DNA of 64,000 nt from Selaginella moellendorffii (Eukaryota; Plantae; Lycopodiophyta): contig NW_003314282.1 of assembly GCF_000143415.4 (NCBI RefSeq), positions 1,631,374-1,695,373 on the forward strand, given 5' to 3'. Positions 34,301 to 47,892 of this stretch are shown in pieces (positions within the stretch are counted from its first letter, which is position 1; each line of letters begins with the position of its first letter). Below the pieces are notes generated by a model. That model was not told the DNA's origin. It did no database searches and was given only the letters and a program-made list of their open reading frames with translations. A program made the position numbers and the translations under genes.

Positions 34301-37300
34301 TCACTTTGCTCGAAAACCATTCCATTTTCGAAAGCCAGTACAAACTAGTGAAGGGGTTGGAGTTGACTTCGGTTGGCTTAGATCTTAGTAGGTAGTTTGT
34401 ATGATGTGACCCGAAAGGGATGCTAACTTTTGGGGCTAAAGCAATTGAGTTGGATAGAGTCTGGAGTTGGTGTAGAAAAGTGGCCGCTGCACTTTTCTAA
34501 GAAAGGTGACTCTTATGCCTTTCTTTTGTAGCATTATGCTCGGTGGCAGGTTGCACCTTGCATTTCGCTAAGACTCTATGAGAGTAGTGAGCTCTCACTG
34601 ATCTTGACTTAGTCTTGGCAGCCCTGCACCTTGGCTAAGGATGGTGATGTCCAACTTAGTTGTTTGAGGTTGAGATGTTGGTACCCGTACTATAGCTTTG
34701 TCTATGAGGAGGTTGTGTACCGATGTGAGTTCATCTCATGGTCTTCACTTTAGTTTCGACTGAGTGTTGATCATGCATAGCTAGCCTCTTCAAGGCATGC
34801 TCAGAGCTAGTGGCTAAATGTTTTAGTGAGCTTATTACGGTTGAGTTGGATTCGAGTGGTCATTTAGTTTGTGCTTGTCCATGAACTTTTATCTCATGTT
34901 TGAGGTATTATGTTTATGCTAGATAAGTATATAACTTGATGACAAGAGTTGGTGTTTGAGTCTTGTGAACGCAAGTTGAGGAGTGATTGTTAGTTGCTTT
35001 GCGACTAGTGATTACTTGTAGACTTCATCAAGGACCGTTGACACTTGCTTTGCTCGATGATGATTTAGCAGTGGTGGGCTTGCTTTACCGAATAGTGTTG
35101 CGGAGGATCGTGTCGTTAGACATACATGGGTTTTCCATGTTGACATGTCGACTCTACCTCTGTCGATATCATTTGGTTACATTTAGTCCGTAGTGTTGGA
35201 TTTCATTGAGTCTTGGACGTGGTGAATCACTCCTTGATGATGTGTTATCTGTAACTGAGTATTGTTAGAGGATTGGTCTCGGTTACTAATTAAAGTATCT
35301 TCGACCTTGGTTAGCTTGGTTGCTGGAAAGCTCCGAGTGGTGATTCACTCATGCTTTCTTCTAGCTTTGTTTTGGTGTTGATGGCATTAAAGTGATGTTT
35401 TGTCATTGACATTGTTGATATTGAGATCTGAGTGAAATGAGATATCCTTCCTAGGATTGATATTGAGTTTCATTAGTCTTGATGAATATAGTGTTGATGA
35501 TTTGGTTATAGCTTTGTGTTGTTGGCATTCGTGCATTTGCTAGTTAGCAACTGTGTTGACGTTCAAACGAACTGAGTGGCAAGTTGAGTTAGTTGTGTTC
35601 TAGACGAGATTATTTAGTAGAGGGTTGAGCTTTAGCTTTTCCTTGAAAAGTGATTTAGTCGTGGACTATGCTAACTCTACGAGAAGAAGAGTTAGTGATC
35701 GATATTAGAATGTTGAGTCCTTGCTGGATTTGAGTTCGGAATATAGCAATCATTAATGATTCTTTTTGAGCTTGTTATGAAGTGAGTTACGTCTTGCTAT
35801 AGATGGATTCATGGAGGATCGTTTGATGATCACTTGTTAAGCATAGCTTCGTTATGCTTAGCTTTTGGATTGATGCAGAAATGCTCTTCATTAGCTTTGG
35901 CATTATGAAGTTTGGCTTATGGATGTGTTGAGGAAGATATTGTGGGTTGCACCATGATTTCTTCTTTAGCATTGAAGTTAGCTTCTATGAAACTCGTGAT
36001 CATTATTAGGCAAGACTTAGTTATAGGCTTCTTCGAGCTTTTAGTTCTTGAGTTTTGTGCTCATTGTTCCATTTGTTAGAAGTTGTTGGGGAAGGCATTT
36101 TGGCTCATTAGCTTCGATGTTGAAGTTGGTTTTTGCATCTGGCAATCATTGGTGATGATTGACTATCATCTAGGGTAGTTGATTATCCTTATCACAAGTT
36201 TTGCTTGATTATTGTTGGTTTGGAATTATTTGCTATTCTTCGGGATGGTAGATTCTTTCTTCAACGATGATTATACATCACTACATTGATGGGCTGATTG
36301 ACGATCTTTCATGATAGTTAGTTGTTCTCTTTGATGGCTTTTGGCTTTTCGCAATACCACATGTTCTTTGTGGTTTGCTCTGGATTGGTCTCTTGGGTTT
36401 GAGACATCAGTAGGATGTTGCTAACACTTGCTTAGGCAACTTGAGTTCCTTGGTGTTATTGGCTGGGATCTATCTGGATTGGCTAGTGCGATGATTGGCA
36501 TGAACACTATATTTGTTTGCTTTGCAACATTCATTTTGTTCTGTTGATTATTGCTTGAGTTAGTTTTGATAGATTTGGATGTTATTTCCTTTGGGTGATA
36601 CATTCGCGAGCATTTTGCTTGTCAATCAATGATACTTTGTGTTCTTTGAGTTATCTTTCGTAAGTTGTTTGGCATTCTATCTGCAATCTTTGATAGTTAC
36701 GTTTGGTCATTAAGTTTTCTTGATGATACACTTGCTATTGAATTTTGTTGGATGGTCATTCCTATGTTTTCCAATGATAGTGATCTTGGTGGTTCTTATA
36801 CTATAATACTAGTTTATCGGATGATAACTTATTTGGAATACATTTGTGTTCTCATCTAAGCTTTATTCACTGATAATTACATATCTAAGATATCATTGTC
36901 TATGATTTTGATATTGTCCATCTATTGATCTTTGAGTTTGGGCCAGTATAGGCAGACTGGCTTCGGCACTTCGTGTGCATGTTGAAATCTCTAGTCATGG
37001 GGTAGCTACTGTCGACTGGTCACATAACCCGCCTCTCTGTCGATGTTCCTTGTTCCGTGAAAGGGCGTGACCGTGTAAACAACTCTAAACTGCCTGTTGA
37101 CAGTAGTCTATCTAAACCTTACCGACGGGTTTGGTTTCTTTGCTTAGGAGGGTTGGGGCCTCTGGCTTCTCTCTCTATGTCCCTGCGGGCAGGGGCATAT
37201 CACACTTTTGTAAGCTGGGTGACTCCCAGAGCAGCAAGGGTGGCTGACTCCGTTGGTCATTTCCTTGTCGGCGACGGCCGGAAGGTGTCTGAGCTGGTAG

Positions 37301-38607
37301 CGCATCCGCGTTAGACAAAGAGGTTCCCCCTAACTCATTTAAGTTGGTGCATTTCTCACATAGTGTGAGTACCGTGAACTTTTTATGGAGTTGTTTCCTT
37401 GGCGGTATTCTAGACTGGAGTATGCATCGACGAGGACGTCGATCTTCCCAAGGGGGGGAGAGTGTCGCGCATGTGACTTCGGGTATCGAAAGTTACCTGT
37501 CGACTAGTCCTTACGGACACTCTTACCTTACTGCCACGATGGCAGGAGGTCGGTATTGCTGGACCCGTTATCAGTTTCCCACTTGAGCTAGTTGAGAAAC
37601 TGGTCAATGACCGTGTACTTAGATCGGATAAACATAAGGTAGGAACCCTATGTGTTTCTTGCTGAGCATACTCGGCCTGGTTTGAGAAACTCCTGTCATT
37701 GGCTTGCACTTGCTAGTATCAAGAACCCCCGCGATATTGAGATTGGTCCCTCAATATCGCTAGATGATAGCTTACCGTGTCTGCCAAACACCCTCGCTAT
37801 CATGCCCTTTGTGTTAGTCTCATTTCGGTCCCAAATGCTATTTATGGAAAGTGTCTAGATTTGCTCATTTGGCATATCTACGGAATGTAGAGATCGGCCT
37901 GAACACAATGGTGTTCGTCCCGTGTCCAAATTCGCAATCTAAGGACATTCCATATTTAGTAAGTTTCGAGCTTGTCCCAGAAACTAACTCCTGATACTAA
38001 GGGAGGCTTGGGGTGAAAGCCCAAAGCGTGTGTTCCTCAAGGGGGGGGGGCTATGGGGGGTTCCAAATGTATAGTAGGGATAGTGGGTAGGTCGGGCATG
38101 GCCGACCAACCTGAGGCATAGTCTAGCTCCCGCTTGCGTGCCTGTCCTTGTTCTGCGTCCGGCTTGGGTCTAAGCCCAAGTTCCATTCCATGCTAGTTGG
38201 TGGAGTACCCATATCCTCGCGTTAGGCCACCGGTATGCCGAAATAGCGCCAGACTCTGTTTGGCTCCGTTTTGCGTGCTGGTCCTGGCATTGGGATGCTG
38301 GTTGCTCTAGGACTGTTCCAAGTCGCTCCGGGCTCCTGTCCCTTCGCTCCTTGGGCTATATGCTCGGGAGTTGCTCCGTGGTCCGGTTTCATCACTCCTT
38401 GGCGTCACGCTTGGGAGTTTGGCACCGTTCCTTCGTTCAGTGGCCCAAGGCCCTGAACCTCGGGTTCCTATGGACACGTGGCATGGACACGTGGTATGTG
38501 ACATGTGGCATCTGTCACGTGGCACAAAGAGGGTTTAGGTTCCGCTTCGTGGTGTTATCCTATGGTAAATCACCATAGGATAAAGGGTCAAAACCAGGTG
38601 CGCTACA
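31322..38607 (+). mobile_element. Young, intact, non-coding LTR retroelement (LARD-like, family A1), 7286 bp
   Basis: 1145-bp LTRs at 31322-32466 and 37463-38607 appear identical (TGT...ACA). PBS TTTGGTATCAGAG at 32467, PPT AAGGGGGGGAGAG at 37450-37462, TSD ATTAA. No ORF over 100 aa in the 5-kb interior. Confidence 0.96.
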
Positions 38608-39010
38608 ATTAATCATTGATGATTCTTTTCATGCTTGTTATGAAGTGAGTTACATTTTGCTATAGATGGATTCATAAAGGATCATTTAGTGATCACTTGT
38701 TGAGTATAGCTCTATTGTGCTTTGCATTTATATTGATGCACATATACTCTTTATTAGCTTTGTATTATAAAGTTTAGCTTATGGATGTGTTGAGGAGGAT
38801 ATTGTGGATTGTATCATGATTCCTTCTTTAGCATTAAAGTTAGTTCATGTGGAACTCGTGATCTTTGTTAGGCAAGACTTAGCTATATACTTCTTTAAAC
38901 TTTTGGTTCTTTGAGTTTTCATGCTCATTGTTCCATTTGTTAAGAGTTGTTAGGGAAGGCATTTTGGTTCATTAACTTTGATATTTAAGTTAATATTTGC
39001 ATTTGGCAAT

Positions 39011-42000
39011 ACGTGGTTTTCACCCTTTATCCTATGGTGTTTTACCATAGAATAACCACAAAGAGTGGAATTTAAACCCTTTATATGCTATGTGTCATAT
39101 GCCACATGGCATATGCCACGTGTCCAAAGGACAATGGTGCGGAACCCAAATTTTAGGGCCTTGGGCCACTGAATGAAGGAAAGATGCCAAACTCCCAAGC
39201 ATGGAGCCAAGGAGCAATGGCATTGGAGCATGGAACAACTCTCAAGCATACAGCCCAAGAAGCGAAAGGATAGGAGCATAGAGCAATTTGGAATAGTCTT
39301 AGAGCATCTAACATCCCAATGTCAAGACTAGCACACAAAACAAAGCCAAATGGAGTTTGGTACTATTTTAGCATACTTGTGACCAATTGACAATAGCTTA
39401 CCCATGACTAAAGATTTCACTATGCACATAATGTGGCAAAGCCAATCTGCCTATACTGGCCAAACTCAAAGATCAATAGATGAACAATATTAAAGTCATA
39501 GACAATGATATCTTAGAGACTTAAGTATTAGTGATTAAATTTCAGATTAGAACACAAAAGTATTCCAAGTAAGTTATTATCCAATAAATCAGTATTAGAG
39601 TATAGGAACCACCAAGATCACAATAGTTGGAAATATAAGATTCACCATCCAACAAAATTCAATAGCTAATGTATCATCAAGGAAATTCAATGATAAAATT
39701 TAACTATTAAATATTTCAGATAGCATGCTACAACTTACGAAAGATAACTCAAAGAACACAAAGTATCATTGACTAGTAAGCAAAATGCTCGCGAATGTAT
39801 CACCAAAGGAAATAACATCTAAATCAATTAGAACTAACTTGAGCAATAATTAGCAGAACAAAATGAATGTTGTAAAGTAAACAAACATTCAGTCATGCCA
39901 ACTATCGCACTAGCCAATATGAATAGATTCCAGTCAACAATACAAAGGAACTCAAGTTTCTTAAACAAGTGTCAGCAACATCCTATTGATGTTTCAAACC
40001 CAAAGACCAATTCAGAGCAAACCACAAAGAACATGTGGTAATGCAAAAACACAGAAGCTATCAAAGATAACAATTAACCATTATGAAATATCATTAATCC
40101 TCTCATCAAAAGAGAGATGCATAATCATTGTCAAAGAAGGAATCTACCATCCCGAAGAATGGTAACTCATTCTATATCAATAACAATCAAGCAAAACCTT
40201 TGACAAGGATAATCAATTATCCTAGATGATGGTCAATCATCACCAATGATTGTTAAATGCAAGTACTAACTTCAACATGGAAGCTATGAGCTAGAATGCC
40301 TTCCCCAACAATTTTTAACAAATGGAATAATGAGCATAAAAACTCAAGGAACTAAAAGTTCAAAGAAGTTTATATCCAAGTTGTGCCTAACAATGATCAC
40401 AAGTTTTGTATGAACTAACTTTAATGCTAAAGAAAAAATCATGGTATAATCAATATCCTTCTCAACACATCTATAAGCCAAACTTCATAATGTCAAAGTT
40501 AATGAAGAGCATATCTGCATCAATCTAAAAGCCAAGCACAATGAAGCTATACTTAACAAGTGATCATTAAACAATCCTCCATGAATTCATCTATAGCAAA
40601 AAGTAATTCACTTCATAACAAGCTCAAAAAGAATCATCAATGATTGATATATTCCAACTCAAATCCAATAAGGATTCAAACATTCCAATACCAATCACTA
40701 ACTCTTCCTCTTGTAAAGATAGCATTGTCCATGACTAAATCACTTTTCAAGGAAAAGCTTAAAGATCAACCCCTACTAAACAATCTCGTCTAGAACACAA
40801 CTAACACAACTTGCCACTCAGCTCGTTTAATAAGGCTATAGTATAGGTACTAACATCTTAACTTCAAACAACTAAGTTGGATATCACTATCCTCAGTTAA
40901 GGTGTAGGGCTATCAAGACCAAGTTAAGATCAATGAGAACTCATTACTTTCATAAAGTTTAACAAAATGCAAAGTGCAACCTACCACCAAACACAATGCT
41001 ATAGAAGAAAGGCACAAGGGTCACCTTTCTAGAGAAGTGTAATGGCCATTTTTCTACACCAACTCCAGATTCTATCCAACTCAATTGCTTTAGCCCCAAA
41101 AGTCAGCATCCCTTTTTAGGTCGCAACTACCTATTAAAGTCTAAGCTAACAAAAGTTCACTCTAAACCCTTCACTAGTTGTATTGGCTTACAAAAACGGA
41201 ATGGTTTTCGGGCAAAATAATCAACAAATCAACTATTGGAAAAGTTTAAGAAAAATTTATGGAAAATTTTCCATCCTAGAGAAAAAATGACTCTTAGTCT
41301 AAGAATATATACTTTCAAGACTCAACCAACTTCCTCCTACCAACAACTTCACATATGTTCACCTCAACATAAATCCTCAAAACCCATAGTATGCTTAAGC
41401 CTCAAACATCATACCCATTTTTCAACATCTAACACCGATATTCATAAAATGCAAAATGAACATCTAAAGCTTGATCATGAAGGCCACATTTTTGGATATC
41501 CACATTGCACTAACACTTTTTTTTAACCATTTTCAAGATTCAATGTAAAGCCAAAACACTAACAAGAAAAATGACATGAAAAAACAAGCTTTAAGGAAAA
41601 TTTCTCACCACTCAAAATAACAATGTCATCTCCACTAGCACAAGTGCTAGCAATGCTAATACCTCAACTTTACACTTTCACCATCCAATAATCTACTCCA
41701 AGTGCTAACGGATAAACCAACAAACCATAGCAAGTGAATGTTATGCCCTTTTCCAACACTTAATGAGCAAACCCTCAAGGAAATAAAGTACTAAATTAAG
41801 CTTAGCATAATGGACCATCATTGAGAATTCAGTTAAAGCTACTACAATGCTATTATATGTNNNNNNNNNNNNNNNNNNNNNNNNNNNNNNNNNNNNNNNN
41901 NNNNNNNNNNNNNNNNNNNNNNNNNNNNNNNNNNNNNNNNNNNNNNNNNNNNNNNNNNNNNNNNNNNNNNNNNNNNNNNNNNNNNNNNNNNNNNNNNNNN

Positions 42001-44770
42001 NNNNNNNNNNNNNNNNNNNNNNNNNNNNNNNNNNNNNNNNNNNNNNNNNNNNNNNNNNNNNNNNNNNNNNNNNNNNNNNNNNNNNNNNNNNNNNNNNNNN
42101 NNNNNNNNNNNNNNNNNNNNNNNNNNNNNNNNNNNNNNNNNNNNNNNNNNNNNNNNNNNNNNNNNNNNNNNNNNNNNNNNNNNNNNNNNNNNNNNNNNNN
42201 NNNNNNNNNNNNNNNNNNNNNNNNNNNNNNNNNNNNNNNNNNNNNNNNNNNNNNNNNNNNNNNNNNNNNNNNNNNNNNNNNNNNNNNNNNNNNNNNNNNN
42301 NNNNNNNNNNNNNNNNNNNNNNNNNNNNNNNNNNNNNNNNNNNNNNNNNNNNNNNNNNNNNNNNNNNNNNNNNNNNNNNNNNNNNNNNNNNNNNNNNNNN
42401 NNNNNNNNNNNNNNNNNNNNNNNNNNNNNNNNNNNNNNNNNNNNNNNNNNNNNNNNNNNNNNNNNNNNNNNNNNNNNNNNNNNNNNNNNNNNNNNNNNNN
42501 NNNNNNNNNNNNNNNNNNNNNNNNNNNNNNNNNNNNNNNNNNNNNNNNNNNNNNNNNNNNNNNNNNNNNNNNNNNNNNNNNNNNNNNNNNNNNNNNNNNN
42601 NNNNNNNNNNNNNNNNNNNNNNNNNNNNNNNNNNNNNNNNNNNNNNNNNNNNNNNNNNNNNNNNNNNNNNNNNNNNNNNNNNNNNNNNNNNNNNNNNNNN
42701 NNNNNNNNNNNNNNNNNNNNNNNNNNNNNNNNNNNNNNNNNNNNNNNNNNNNNNNNNNNNNNNNNNNNNNNNNNNNNNNNNNNNNNNNNNNNNNNNNNNN
42801 NNNNNNNNNNNNNNNNNNNNNNNTCACAACATAGACAAACTCCTGCCACCTTTTTCCAACTAAACTCAAAACTAATCTAACACCAAGCTACTCAAGGAGC
42901 AATAGCAAGGTTCTCCGGAAAAGAATTGAGCATTGTAACCTAAGTCTTTTAATAACAAGTTTAGACAAAATGGTTTAGCACTTCACCGCTATCCATCCCA
43001 TAATTCACCATTTATAAGACCATCATTTCCAAATGCATCAAGGTAGAGACTCTTTATTGCATGACATGTGTATGAGCAATGTGTAAACACCTTATTGCAA
43101 ATCATCTCTCCAAGAAGAAAAAATGATTTACGTGTTTGATCTTTTGTCTTTGATAACTCTCTTTTCGATCTCATCTTTAACTAAGCTTTCTTTCACACTG
43201 CCTTCAGTCCAATCCAAGAAAAGTTTATAAGAGAGCATGGCAATGATTACTTGAACCAATAGACTAATCCCTATAGTCTTGATTGATCCACTTGTAATCA
43301 TGTCTAGGAAGGATCCACTAGTGCCGTGCTAAACAGCTACAGACCAGTCTATTTGCCACTCATAACAAACCCAGGGAGGTTTGCTTTCACCCACAGTACA
43401 TGGAACAACTCATGAAACCACCGATAGGCTAACATTAATCCTGCCAACTCAAAGTGTAACCTCGAGTTGCTAATATGCTTCACTCACAAGCGCAAGTGCA
43501 AACTGCTGCAAACAGAATAACTAAGTCCATCTTATGAGCCCAAGAGCAAGCTCACATAATAGGTACAAAAAGTAACCAAAATCCATACCTAAAGAACAAA
43601 TGCGAAGCCTTTACACCTAAATGTATACCCACTTGGATCATTGTTTTCATCTCTGTATCAGCAACGAGACTAGTTGCCCAATCTCATTGGATAATACTTG
43701 CTGAGAAATATCCTCTGATACCACGTGCCACATGCCATGTGTCCAAAGGATAGTGGTGTGGAGCCTGAGTTTCAGAGTCTTGGGCCATTGAATGAAGGAA
43801 CAGTGCCAAACTCCCAAGCATGGAGCCAAGGAGCAATGACACTGAAGCACGGAATGACTCCTGAGCATCCAGCCCAAGGAATGAAGGGACAGGAGCACGG
43901 AGTAACTTGGAACAGTCCTAGAGCATTTAGCATCCCAATGCTAGGACTAGCACACAAAACGGAGCCAAATAGAGTCTAGTGCTATTTTAGCATACAAGTG
44001 GCATAACGCGAGGATATGGGTACTATACCAACTAGCATGTTATGGAACTTGGGCTTAAACCCAATATAAGCAACCAAAGGGAACGATTCGAGAGACGATC
44101 CATAGGGGTTCAAATATAGAGGGAAAGGGCCCATGAATAAGAGTGCACCCCCTTTTCCAATCGATCAAGGGTCTTGGGATAGTTGAAGTTAAGTGTCCTT
44201 GGGTTTGAATAGTATTGGGCTGAATGACCTCCTGGGAAGTCCAAAATCAGGAGCTTACATTTGGTATCAGAGGGGTCTCGGGTCCGACTCTGTTGGTTGG
44301 CTAGGGGAATCGCACCACATGTTGATTGACATCTGGCTGGTCTAGTTTGCTCCCGCTGGGCTCGACCCGAGGGGTAGGGTGTCAAGAGAGCGGGGCTTTC
44401 GGGAGAGCTGCGGCTCTCAGCTTCCGTTCACGAGGGCGTGAACTTGCAGGGAAGCGTGGTGGATTGTAAGCAACCAAAGGGAACGATTCAAGAGACGATC
44501 CATGGGGTTCAAATATAGAGGGAAAGGGCCCATGAATAAGAGTGCACCCCCTTTTCCAATCGGTCAAGGGTCTTGGGATAGTTGGAGTTAAATGTCCTTG
44601 GGTTTGAATAGTACTGGGTTGGATGACCTCTCGGGAAGTCCAAACTCAGGAGCTTACACCCAAGTCAAACGCATAACAAAGACAGACACACAAGCAGGAG
44701 CTAGACTATGCCTCAGGTTGGTCAGCCATGCCCAACCCACTATCCTTACTATACATTTGGAGACCCTGAA
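39011..44770 (-). mobile_element. Inverted, older, deleted copy of the family-A LARD-like element
   Basis: 39011-39385 is reverse-complement LTR. 39386-43723 is reverse-complement internal region with deletions and a gap, and PBS complement CTCTGATACCA at about 43713-43723. 43724-44770 is reverse-complement LTR interrupted by the TRIM. Confidence 0.88.
44065..44658 (+). mobile_element. Cassandra-type TRIM with 5S rRNA-derived LTR segment
   Basis: LTRs 44065-44259 and 44465-44658 (T[G/A]TAAG...CTTACA), PBS TTTGGTATCAGAG at 44260, a 205-bp interior and TSD CCCAA. 5S-like AGTTAAG...GACCTCCTGGGAAGTCC at 44187-44242 and 44586-44641. Confidence 0.93.
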
Positions 44771-47700
44771 ATTGAGGAAAAGTGTAGAAAAAAGTGTGAA
44801 AAGAGGAGGAAAATAGAGGAAAAAGAGTGAGCACCCAAAAAACTTAACCCATACTTGGATTTTGGCTCAGAAAAGTGTAATATGCAAATGCAGCCTCTTG
44901 ATGACTTCCGGTATGCTCCAAGGATTGGCTGAAATCAAGAAAGAAAGTGAGGTAGAAGAGGGGATGCGTTGCCCAAGGGTGGTAAGTGTGGAAATGATGA
45001 AAGATGGAGTGATATGGTGGAGCGCTGAGATGGTGGTGGCACTCTAAAAAGGTGGCCATTGATAACCGTTGGCTTGTAGAGTAAGCACTGACCACTCGGA
45101 GTAGCCAGTAACCAGTAACCAGTAACTGGGGACCTGTAACCTGTAATCGGTAACCACCTGCTCTTGCTCTTACTCCTGCACCTGCTCCAGCACCGATATG
45201 GTGGAGCACTGAAATAGGGCGGCACTTTGAGAAGGTGGTCAGTCTGATGTGTCGGACTGAAGAAGTCAGCAGCTGAAAAGGATGTTGTAGTCACTAGGTT
45301 GCCGATAAAGGGAGGTGGCATGTGTCCACTGAGTGCTGGAGCAGAAGAAAGTGGCTTCGGCTTCTGTGGCCTAGCCTAAAGATCCATCTAGGTGCTTCGA
45401 GTGAACAGGTTCATCTGGTTGGAAGAAAGTCGCTCCAGAAAAGCTAGTGCATTATCGGTAAATGGTCGTAAGGATATCTCGGAAACGGCAAGTCCAAATG
45501 AGGTGGTGTCATTTGCTGCTGGTGCACATATGTGTGTCTGTGGTATGGTGTAAATGTGACCTCAAATGGAGATGTGAATGATGGTGAAAGAATGAAAGAT
45601 GCAAGACGGGCATCTAGAGATAAGTGTGGGTAATACTGCTGGAAGTGATTGGTGATGGAACTGTGAGTGTAGATGATATGGAATGAGTGAAGGAATGTGT
45701 GGGGTGTAGTAATGGTAAGGGAAGGGCCAAAGAACCTGGAATATAAACCGAGCCAAGCGAGGAACCTCTATACAAATGGCAATGCAGCTTGAGCGTGAAA
45801 TCCAAGGCATGGGTATGGTCTAATGGAGAAACACCCTCTGAAAGTAAGAAAAGTAGCCATGAAAGTAAAGTGAAAGAAAGGAAGAAAAAGAAAAAGAAGA
45901 GAATAGGAATGACTCACTGGATGAAGCATTTGAGATGAGAGTGGTTGTGAGTGTGTGGGAGCTCACGTCCCTCAGCATCAACTAGCACGTATGCTCCACC
46001 CCTGATGTGTCGCTGGACAAAGTAGGGGCCAGTTCAGTGAGGGGAGAACTTCGAAGGTGGCATGAACTCCTTGAGTAGAACCAGATTGCCATCCTCGAAT
46101 GGTTCGGTAGACTGCTAGTGATCAATGACAGACTTGATCTTCTGCTTGCCTCAAAGGAGATGTTCCGATGTGGATTGTCGCTGTTCTTCCAAGGCAAGAA
46201 CCTCCAAGTCACGTGCATGAAGCTTGTCCTAATCACTAAGCTACATCGCTGCTGCGTATCGAAGTGAAAGTGAGAGTGATGGCACTTGGATCTCCACTAG
46301 AGGCACGGCCTCTGTCCCATAAACAAGGGAGAATGGGGTCGCAGAGATGGATGTTTTGAAGGACGTCCGAAAGGCCCACAATGCCGTAACCAAGTGCTCA
46401 TGCCAACGCCTTGGGTGATCCTCCACAAGCTTTGAGATGACTGTCTTCAATATCTTGTTGCTGGACTCTGTCTGGCCATTGCACTCAGGATAATAGCTGC
46501 TGCTCTTCACTTGCTTGACCTGCAGCTGCTGGAGAAGATGCTGCATCACCTGTCCAAGGAAGCACGATCGGAAACCAAAACAATAGGAACTCCGAATCGG
46601 CAAATGATGTACTCGTAGACAAACTTTGCTGTAGAGTGTTGATCTGCCTATCGCAGAAAGGGTGGCCTCGACCCACTTTGTGAAATAGTTCGTTGCCACA
46701 ATGATGTATCGCTGTCCTTTTGAGCTTGGTGGGTTGATTTGGCCAACGAAGTCAAGTCCCCACTGGAAAAAGGGACCCAAAGAAGTGATGAGCTGGAAAG
46801 GAAGACGTGGAACATGGTCCAGGGGTTGAACCGTTGGCACTGCTTACATGCCTTTGCATAGGCCAAGCTGACCTGGTGAATTCGAGGCCAAAAGTAGCCA
46901 TGGCGCAAGAGGAGCTGTGCTATGACCCGTCTCGAGAAATGCCCCGCACAAGAGTGGAAAGCGCAAAGGAGCTCAGGGACCTCATGTTCCCCCACACAGC
47001 ACAACAAAACTTCCTAAGAAGTCCTCTTGTAAAGGTCTCTATCGAGAAGGCAAAACCCCCGTGCTCGGATCTCCAATACCTTTTGTTGTATTGGTGAGGA
47101 ATCGACTGGGAACTGACCTGAATCTAGGTACACTACAACATCCTGTAATGCTGCTGGGACCACAAAGGAAGTAGCTTCAGCAACCAGGAACTTGCTCGAA
47201 TCCATCATATGCTTCTGCCGCATGTGAAAAGTTGGTTGGAACTCTTGAATAGTCACAATCCAAGATAAAGTACGACAACTGTGAACCAGTCACTGTAAAA
47301 GGAAGGTCAGCACATTAAAATAAATGTGGAAATGGATACGGGCTCTAGCGAGAAAGTGACGAAATCGCTCCAAGGTGTAAACAACAGGCACTGCTTCTTT
47401 TTCCGCATCCACGTATTTCTTCTCAGTCTTCTTGAACGAATGTGATGCATAGTATGTTGCATGTGGTGGCTTGCCGGGCTGTGAACATTGGCAAAGGCAT
47501 ACTCCAAAAGCCTTTGTACCCGTTGTGATATAAATGTCGAAAGGAAGTTGTCGTTCTGGTGGTTGGAGTACCGAGGCCCTACGGAGTGACTGCTTTAGTG
47601 ATTCAAAGGCTTGTTGCTGGGACTCACCCCAGACAAATGGAACGTTGTGTTGTAGTAGAGCTATCAGAGGCCATGAACGTGCAGCATAGTTGTGGAGAAA

Positions 47701-47892
47701 ATGGCAAAAGAAACCCGTTTGCTCGAGGAAGCTGTGTAGTTGCTTCACATTGGTTGGTGGGTTCCGATCCAAAATCTCTTGAGCCTTGGCTACCTGGGGC
47801 TTGATCCCATCCTGCGAGACATCAAAGCCTAGCAACCGGCCTTCAGTCACCTCGAATTTACACTTCGCCGGGTTCAATGAAAACCTGTGTTG

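Noticed and set aside
44187-44242. Possible 5S rRNA gene
   Set aside because: Only about 56 nt of the 5S sequence, embedded in TRIM LTRs; not a full gene.
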